A stretch of 64,000 nt of DNA from Candidatus Poribacteria bacterium (lineage in GTDB: Bacteria > Poribacteria > WGA-4E > PCPOR2b): positions 384,001-448,000 of the forward strand of contig OZ242351.1 in the NCBI GenBank assembly GCA_965208675.1, written 5' to 3'. The notes below the pieces were generated by a model. It searched no databases, was not told where the DNA came from, and saw nothing but the letters and a program-made list of their open reading frames with translations. Shown piece by piece: positions 57,555 through 64,000 of this stretch. Each line of letters begins with the position of its first letter. Positions within the stretch are counted from its first letter, which is position 1. A program made the translations under genes and the position numbers.

Positions 57555-59972
57555 ATGAACGTAAAACAGATTCAAATCTTGCACGCTGATGACGCGGACC
57601 TGATGCGCATCAGCCGTGAAGGATTGCTCTCGCTAAATCTTGCCGAGATGAAGGCAATCCGGACATACTTCGCCAATCTAGGTAGAGATCCGACCGATGT
57701 TGAACTTGAAACGCTTGCCCAAACCTGGTCCGAGCATTGCGTTCATAAGACGTTCCGGGGATTGATTGAGTATTCCGAACACGGTTGCGAGACAGTCGTG
57801 ATCGATGGGTTGCTTAAGACTACGATAATGCGGGCAACGCAAACTATCGACAAGAGTTGGTGCGTCTCTACATTTACCGATAACGCTGGCATCATCGAAT
57901 TTGATGATGAATATAACGTCGTGTTTAAGGTCGAAACCCACAACCACCCTTCTGCAATTGAGCCGTATGGCGGCGCCGGAACAGGAATCGGAGGCGTCAT
58001 ACGGGATTCGCTCGGCACAGGCCTTGGCGCCAAACCCGTATTGAACACGGACGTTTTCTGTCTAGGGCTTCCAAATATGGATTATGACGCCTTGCCAAAA
58101 GGTGCGCTCCATCCGAAGCGAGTTTTCAAAGGCGTCGTAGCGGGTGTGCGAGACTACGGTAATCGCATGGGCATCCCGACGGCAAACGGTGCTGTTCTAT
58201 TCGATGAGCGGTATACTGCCAATCCGCTTGTGTTCTGCGGCAATGTCGGGCTGATTCCAAAAAACCGGTGCGATAAAGAGGTTATTCCCGGCGACCGCAT
58301 CGTTGCGCTTGGCGGGCGAACCGGACGTGACGGTATTCACGGGGCGACGTTTTCTTCGCTGGAGTTGGACGACACCTCTGAAACTCTCGGAAGCGTCATA
58401 CAAATTGGCAACCCGATTATGGAGAAAAAAATCGTCGACGCCTTGCTGCAAGCGCGTGATTGCGGGCTTTACCGTTCCATCACTGATTGCGGTGCCGGCG
58501 GATTTTCCTCGGCCATAGGTGAGATGGGCCAGCATACGGGCGCAGAGGTACATTTGCAAAACGTACCGCTCAAATACACAGGCCTTGAACCCTGGGAGGT
58601 TTGGCTTTCCGAGGCACAGGAGCGGATGGTAATCGCGGTTCCAGCCGAAAAGCTTGATGCGCTAATGCAGATTTGCCATGCGGAATCGGTCGAAGCTACG
58701 GTGCTTGGAAAGTTTACAGACAGCGGCAAACTGCGCGTATTATTTGATGGGGAAATCGTGGCAGATATGGATATGGATTTCCTTCATGGTGGATTGCCGC
58801 GTATCACAAAAAAGGCCGTGTGGAAATTGCCTCAACACCGTGAATCAAATGCGTTAGAACCTGCGGGATTGAATTTCAGTCCTAGGCTTTCACAGTCCGA
58901 AACAACGGAGATTCTCTTCAAGATTCTCGGCAGCCCCAACGTCGCCAGTAAAGAATGGGTCATCCGTCAATACGACCATGAGGTTCAGGGCGGGATTGTC
59001 GTCAAGCCGCTCGTTGGAATTGAAAATGACGGCCCGGGCGATGCATGCATCACAACGCCGGTCCTCGGATCCCGACGAGGACTCGTTGTTGCGAACGGTA
59101 TCAATCCAAGATATGCAGACGTCGATCCATATCACAGCGCAGCGTCCGCTATCGACGAAGCGCTCCGAAACGTCATCGCAGTGGGCGGCAACCTTGAACA
59201 CACCGCTCTGCTCGACAACTTCAGTTGGGGGAATCCCGATAAACCGGATAGACTCGGCGGCTTGGTCCGCGCGGCGAGAGCGTGCCACGATATTGCCGTC
59301 GCCTACGGTACGCCCTTCATCTCCGGTAAGGATAGTCTCTACAATGAATACCGCGATACCACCACCGGTGAGCAGCTGGCTATCCCGCCAACACTGCTAA
59401 TCTCCGCTATTTGCGTCATGCCGGACGTGGGTAAAGCAGTTACCATGGATGCGAAATCGCCGGGAGATTTAGTCTACATCGTCGGGGAGACCTATTCCGA
59501 ACTCGGCGGATCACATTACTATGCTTTGCAAGGATACGTCGGAAACGATGTGCCGAAAGTGCGCCCCAAAGAAGGCAAACGGACGATGACGGCGATAAGC
59601 CATGCTATCAATAATCAACTCGTCCGTGCGTGCCACGACTGTTCAGAGGGCGGCATAGGCGTCGCGGCGGCGGAAATGTCATTTGCCGGTGGAATGGGTA
59701 TGCAATTGGATTTGGCGGGCGTTCCGCGCAAAGCATCCATCACGGCGGACGACGTGCTGTTGTTCTCCGAATCCAACAGCCGCTTCGTGTTGAGCATCGC
59801 CCCCGAAAATCGTGAAGAATTTGAGGCGGCAATGGCCGGCATCGCCATCGGCCTCATGGGCACGGTGGTTGAAACTTCAGATTTTGTAGTTAAAGGGTTG
59901 CGTGGAGAGATAATAATTCGGACGACTATTGATCGACTCAAAGAACATTGGAAGCGGACATTTCGCTGGTGA
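57555..59972 (+). CDS. purL: phosphoribosylformylglycinamidine synthase subunit PurL
   Basis: QTWSEHCVHKTF, KVETHNHPSAIEPYGGA, DCGAGG, SEAQER, HDCSEGG. Confidence 0.96.
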   Translation: MNVKQIQILHADDADLMRISREGLLSLNLAEMKAIRTYFANLGRDPTDVELETLAQTWSEHCVHKTFRGLIEYSEHGCETVVIDGLLKTTIMRATQTIDKSWCVSTFTDNAGIIEFDDEYNVVFKVETHNHPSAIEPYGGAGTGIGGVIRDSLGTGLGAKPVLNTDVFCLGLPNMDYDALPKGALHPKRVFKGVVAGVRDYGNRMGIPTANGAVLFDERYTANPLVFCGNVGLIPKNRCDKEVIPGDRIVALGGRTGRDGIHGATFSSLELDDTSETLGSVIQIGNPIMEKKIVDALLQARDCGLYRSITDCGAGGFSSAIGEMGQHTGAEVHLQNVPLKYTGLEPWEVWLSEAQERMVIAVPAEKLDALMQICHAESVEATVLGKFTDSGKLRVLFDGEIVADMDMDFLHGGLPRITKKAVWKLPQHRESNALEPAGLNFSPRLSQSETTEILFKILGSPNVASKEWVIRQYDHEVQGGIVVKPLVGIENDGPGDACITTPVLGSRRGLVVANGINPRYADVDPYHSAASAIDEALRNVIAVGGNLEHTALLDNFSWGNPDKPDRLGGLVRAARACHDIAVAYGTPFISGKDSLYNEYRDTTTGEQLAIPPTLLISAICVMPDVGKAVTMDAKSPGDLVYIVGETYSELGGSHYYALQGYVGNDVPKVRPKEGKRTMTAISHAINNQLVRACHDCSEGGIGVAAAEMSFAGGMGMQLDLAGVPRKASITADDVLLFSESNSRFVLSIAPENREEFEAAMAGIAIGLMGTVVETSDFVVKGLRGEIIIRTTIDRLKEHWKRTFRW

Positions 59973-60060
59973 TTTTACTTGCAATTTCTTCAATACAACA
60001 ACGGTTGTTTTAAAGCAGTTGACCGATTGTGAGGCGAGGTTTAGTTTGATTGACGTGTAC

Positions 60061-61548
60061 ATGAATCTGCAACAAGAACCAATGTTGCGTCGGCAGTTGG
60101 ATTCTCAAATTTTTTGCCGGCGTTCCGGCTGTTTTCTCCTTCTTGGGCTTTGGATATGCAGTTTATTGGGATGTAATTTTTCGGGCAGGGACCGTACCCC
60201 GCCCCAAATTAAACTCACAATCCAGAATACGTTGCCAATAGAGCGCCTCAATGTTCCCATAGTGCTCACTCTTGAAGAGCTTAGGTCGGTTGCGCCGGAT
60301 TTTTCGTTTGATATTTACCTAGTAAATCCTAGTCAACGAGGTCCTGAAATTCATAGTCAAACCGACGATACTGACTATGACGGCCAAAAGGACGAATTGA
60401 TATTTCTGGTAGACCTCGCGCCGCGGGAAACAAAAGAGGTTTCAATCCTATATGAACCCCGAAACGGCGCTAATTACAGGACGCCGTTGACGCTTGAATT
60501 TCCAAAGCGGACAAGATCCGGTATTTTTCCGGAATTACATGGGTTTGCAGCGTTGGAATCTGAGACAATTGCCTATGTTCTACATGACGACGGGTCGACT
60601 CAAGCTTACGGAAAGCGAAAAAAGCTACTGTTTAACATTGAGCCGCATTTTCAGAATGAGCTAGAATACCGCAATGCTGTTTCACCAGAGTTGCGGCAAG
60701 CGTTTGAAAATAATGGTGTTGGGTTATCTCGGAATATCACAGTTGAAATTCATACGCCCGAAAGTGATTGGATGATTATCGATCAGCAGAGTAAGCAAAA
60801 ATTCTCAGTCCGGAAAGAAGAAAACCAACTTAACGTCTACAATGCTAAGGAATTGTCAATCGATCGATTTATCGGTCGGACTGATAGTACAACCGCATAT
60901 GATCCGGATATCATGACCCCGCTTACTCCGTCTCGCGGGTTAATCGGCTGCGGCGGCTTCGCGCTTTGGGACAAAATAAACCAAGAACTGATCGCGCCGA
61001 CAGGTATAGATGACTACGTGCGGGTCTTATCCGATGGCCCCGTTCGGTCCGCCGTACAGCGGATTATACCCAATTTTCCCTTGGATACGGGAACGATTCA
61101 ACTGACGTCAACGACTATGATTTATGCGGGGCACCAATGGGGAGAACATCACATTGAGGCGCCCGGGTTAACATCCAGATATTGTATTGCAACGGGTTTT
61201 CCAACTGACGGATACAGCTTGGGCAAAAACGCAACTGAAGGGTGGCTATGGACTCGGAATCAACCGGCCCTCACATCACCGCCAACCCAACTTGATATGG
61301 GCATTGTTTTCCCGCCTGATCGGTTGGAGACGTTCAAAGAGTTAGTCTTGATTAAATCTGGTACGAAGACTTATGCTGCGCTTATGAACCCGTCTGACAA
61401 CGGGCGAGTTGTATACCGTTTTTCGTGTGTTTGGAAAATCGATGAAATCAAGGCTGAAGAGGATGTGCACCAATATGTTCAATTTACGGCGGCGGACTTC
61501 CGTACCCCGCCAGTAATTACATTTTTGCCCCAGTCGGCAAAGAGGTAA
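60061..61548 (+). CDS. DUF4861-like lipoprotein
   Basis: Start revised to ATG 60061; lipobox LLGC; QTDDTDYDGQKDELIF, YGKR, GCGG, GPVRS. Confidence 0.6.
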   Translation: MNLQQEPMLRRQLDSQIFCRRSGCFLLLGLWICSLLGCNFSGRDRTPPQIKLTIQNTLPIERLNVPIVLTLEELRSVAPDFSFDIYLVNPSQRGPEIHSQTDDTDYDGQKDELIFLVDLAPRETKEVSILYEPRNGANYRTPLTLEFPKRTRSGIFPELHGFAALESETIAYVLHDDGSTQAYGKRKKLLFNIEPHFQNELEYRNAVSPELRQAFENNGVGLSRNITVEIHTPESDWMIIDQQSKQKFSVRKEENQLNVYNAKELSIDRFIGRTDSTTAYDPDIMTPLTPSRGLIGCGGFALWDKINQELIAPTGIDDYVRVLSDGPVRSAVQRIIPNFPLDTGTIQLTSTTMIYAGHQWGEHHIEAPGLTSRYCIATGFPTDGYSLGKNATEGWLWTRNQPALTSPPTQLDMGIVFPPDRLETFKELVLIKSGTKTYAALMNPSDNGRVVYRFSCVWKIDEIKAEEDVHQYVQFTAADFRTPPVITFLPQSAKR

Positions 61549-61629
61549 TGTGTGCCATGGGTGGCAGCGTGTGATTGGCGGTTTAAATCGGGTTTTCAGC
61601 CGTCCAATCAGCAATTCGAGAGTCTGACC

Positions 61630-62226
61630 ATGCTTAACAAAGAAGAATGCCTTAAAATCATCGCCAAGTGCAGAAAAGATGAAGTCGTCATTACAACCAT
61701 GGGGTGCGTAGCGGTTTGGGGAGAGATTTCTGAACATCCCCTCGATTTTGCTTCTGTGGGAAGCGCAATGGGGCATGCTGCCGATTTCGCATTGGGGATT
61801 GCGCTTGCGCGGCCAGACAAAAAGGTATTGGTACTTAATGGGGACGGAAGCATGCTGATGAGCTTAGGCACGCTTGCAACGGCTACCGGGTTGGCTAGAC
61901 CGCCGCACAACTACTACCTTTTCGTGTGTGAAAACAGCGAGTATGAGGTAACAGGCAATCAATCGATACCCGGTGGAATGAACTTTAGCTTCGCCACGGT
62001 TGCGCACGGATCCGGATTTGCGAAGATTCATCGGTTCGACGAACCTTCAGTGCTGGACAGTGCCCTTCCGCAGGTTTTGGCTGAGGAGGGCCCCACCTTT
62101 ATAAACCTTAAAATCGCGTCTTCAAATTCGCGGCCGCCTCATCGGAGTTCAGCGAATTCGGTTAGTTATTTGCGGGAAACGCTTTCCCATTCAGCGCACA
62201 AATTAGCAAAAGCTTTGCAGTCATAA
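61630..62226 (+). CDS. ThDP-binding subunit (sulfopyruvate/phosphonopyruvate decarboxylase beta-like)
   Basis: SAMGH..ALGIALARP, GDGSMLM, N..YEVTGNQ; start revised to MLNKEE. Confidence 0.8.
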   Translation: MLNKEECLKIIAKCRKDEVVITTMGCVAVWGEISEHPLDFASVGSAMGHAADFALGIALARPDKKVLVLNGDGSMLMSLGTLATATGLARPPHNYYLFVCENSEYEVTGNQSIPGGMNFSFATVAHGSGFAKIHRFDEPSVLDSALPQVLAEEGPTFINLKIASSNSRPPHRSSANSVSYLRETLSHSAHKLAKALQS

Positions 62227-62460
62227 ATCTTCTGCGTAGATTCGTCCCTACTCGAGCGGCAGAACAACCCTTTTTTGGATTACCCCGATTCACCTTGGCA
62301 CGGGAATGTATTCTACACCGCGCACTAGCCAACTCGGCACCTAGTAGAAGCAGGTACAACGCCGTTCGGGTTTAAAAAAAGCCGCTTATTGCGCTGTAGA
62401 CGGAAGCAATTGGCTACTGATTAGTTTCACTGATGCGAAAACTGCAGAAGGGAGAATCCG

Positions 62461-63054
62461 TTGAAACGTCTGATTGTTGCTATTACGGGCGCGAGCGGCG
62501 TTGTATACGGGATACGGTTACTGAAAATCCTTGCGCATCAAAAGGAATTTGAGGTACATTTGACAATTTCCCGTTCGGGGGCAACAGCGCTGTGGGAGGA
62601 GCTTCAGATACGTGTAGACTTGGATAACTTTGGGTTTGCATCGCTGACCGGTTTTGACTCAGAAACCGTGGTTTACCATCGTGAGTCCGACATAGCGGCT
62701 CCGATTGCGAGCGGTTCCTTTCGCACACAAGGCATGATAATTGCCCCGTGCAGTATGGGAACGTTGGGGTCGATCGCCGCCGGCATTTCGCGCAACCTCA
62801 TTCATCGTGCTGCTGATGTCTGTATTAAGGAACGGCGCAAGCTGGTGCTAGTGCCGCGTGACACACCGCTCAGCGCCATCCATCTCGAAAACATGTTGAA
62901 ACTGTCACGCATCGGTGCGTGTATACTGCCCGCCATGCCTGGTTTTTACCACTTCCCCAAAACAGTCGATGACCAGATCGACTTCGTGGTCACCAAAGTG
63001 CTGGATCAGTTCGATATTGATGCCGGACTGATTCAACGATGGAAGGAAGAGTAA
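62461..63054 (+). CDS. ubiX: flavin prenyltransferase UbiX
   Basis: ITGASG, ASGS, PCSMGT, RAADVCIKERR, PAMPGFY. Confidence 0.93.
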   Translation: MKRLIVAITGASGVVYGIRLLKILAHQKEFEVHLTISRSGATALWEELQIRVDLDNFGFASLTGFDSETVVYHRESDIAAPIASGSFRTQGMIIAPCSMGTLGSIAAGISRNLIHRAADVCIKERRKLVLVPRDTPLSAIHLENMLKLSRIGACILPAMPGFYHFPKTVDDQIDFVVTKVLDQFDIDAGLIQRWKEE

Positions 63055-63079
63055 ACTTCTTGTACTGAGAAAACACAAA

Positions 63080-63943
63080 ATGATCTTCCGTAAAATCAAA
63101 ATCATACTCGACATGATTAAGTTCGAGCACACCATATTCGCGCTTCCGTTTGCAATCATGAGCGCGTTCATTGCATCCGACGGTATGCCCGCACCCGACA
63201 TACTTTTTTGGATACTCCTCGCCATGATCGGCGCGAGAAGTTGCGCCATGGCATTCAATCGCCTTGCCGATTCCGGTTTCGATGGCGCTAATCCACGAAC
63301 AGCCGCGCGCGCTATCCCGGCAGGTAGGATTACAAAACGGGCGGTGTGGGTGTTCACCGTCGTTTCTGCCGCCCTGCTAGTACTCGCCGCGTACAAGCTC
63401 AATCCGCTCGCATTTGCGCTTTCGCCGGTCGCGCTCGCCGTGATTGTGGGGTACTCCTACTCAAAACGGTGGACTATTCTCTCGCACTTCTGGCTTGGCC
63501 TATCTATCTCTATCGCCCCGATTGGCGCCTGGATTGCTATCACCGGGACGCTTGGTTGGCCGCCAATGTTACTCGGTTTGGCGGTGTTGCTTTGGATTGG
63601 TGGATTTGACATTATCTATGCTTGCCAAGACTATGAATTCGATCGTAAGCATGGGCTTTTCTCAATTCCGGCTCGTTACGGAAAACAGCGCGCATTGCGA
63701 TTGTCGTCTACACTACATGCCATGATGGTTGGTGTGCTCATTGGTGTAACTGCAATAACGAACCTCGGGGTACTCTACCTGATTGGCGTAGGTATCGTCA
63801 CGATTCTTCTCATATATGAACATGCAATCGTCAGACCTAATGACCTCTCAAGAGTAAACCTCGCGTTCTTCACGCTGAATGGCATAGTGAGTTTGGTGCT
63901 CATGGCGCTGTCAGTGGCAGACATGCTGTTTGGTATAGACTGA
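63080..63943 (+). CDS. UbiA-family polyprenyltransferase (MqnP-like)
   Basis: KFEHTIFALPF, FNRLAD..FD..NPRT, GFDIIYACQD, NLAFFTLN; adjacent to ubiX. Confidence 0.88.
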   Translation: MIFRKIKIILDMIKFEHTIFALPFAIMSAFIASDGMPAPDILFWILLAMIGARSCAMAFNRLADSGFDGANPRTAARAIPAGRITKRAVWVFTVVSAALLVLAAYKLNPLAFALSPVALAVIVGYSYSKRWTILSHFWLGLSISIAPIGAWIAITGTLGWPPMLLGLAVLLWIGGFDIIYACQDYEFDRKHGLFSIPARYGKQRALRLSSTLHAMMVGVLIGVTAITNLGVLYLIGVGIVTILLIYEHAIVRPNDLSRVNLAFFTLNGIVSLVLMALSVADMLFGID

Positions 63944-64000
63944 TTGTTCGCACAGTTAATCATCAGTGTGCAGTGTAGTATGCAACCTCTTCCGCCGGTA

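Overview
This is a bacterial chromosomal window, probably from a Candidatus Poribacteria-like genome. That is an inference from the LLQNYPNPFNPETWIPY C-terminal domains, PhyH dioxygenases, a DUF1549/1553 + DUF1501 pair and DUF6785-type transporters. Housekeeping genes (recG, purL, ubiX, a UbiA/MqnP-like gene, ugd, waaF) are mixed with lineage-specific genes and two IS elements: an IS3 and an IS1595 with cargo. The strongest signal is one the ORF track breaks: two exported proteins whose in-frame TGA codons fall at probable Cys positions and are followed by SECIS-like hairpins, so they are probable selenoproteins. One is a secreted rhodanese with two TGA codons in its active-site loop (Y-U-S-U-P-A-E; 36446-36937, minus strand). 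The other is an FG-GAP/ASPIC-UnbV lipoprotein (DDL-U-MPFF; 24827-27199) in an operon with a TlpA-like CxxC lipoprotein. A second theme is a set of small N-terminal-TM/coiled-coil genes and IS1595 cargo genes with structured non-coding flanks. These include promoter - ~100 nt RNA - terminator units, a C4-like cloverleaf, a 5'/3' fold-back around one ORF, and a copy of the transposase 3' end held in a hairpin loop. A third theme is a T9SS-like export system: a PorV-like barrel plus two cargo proteins sharing a C-terminal module, one of them a DppA-like solute-binding protein. All family assignments come from motif recognition only; no database search was run.
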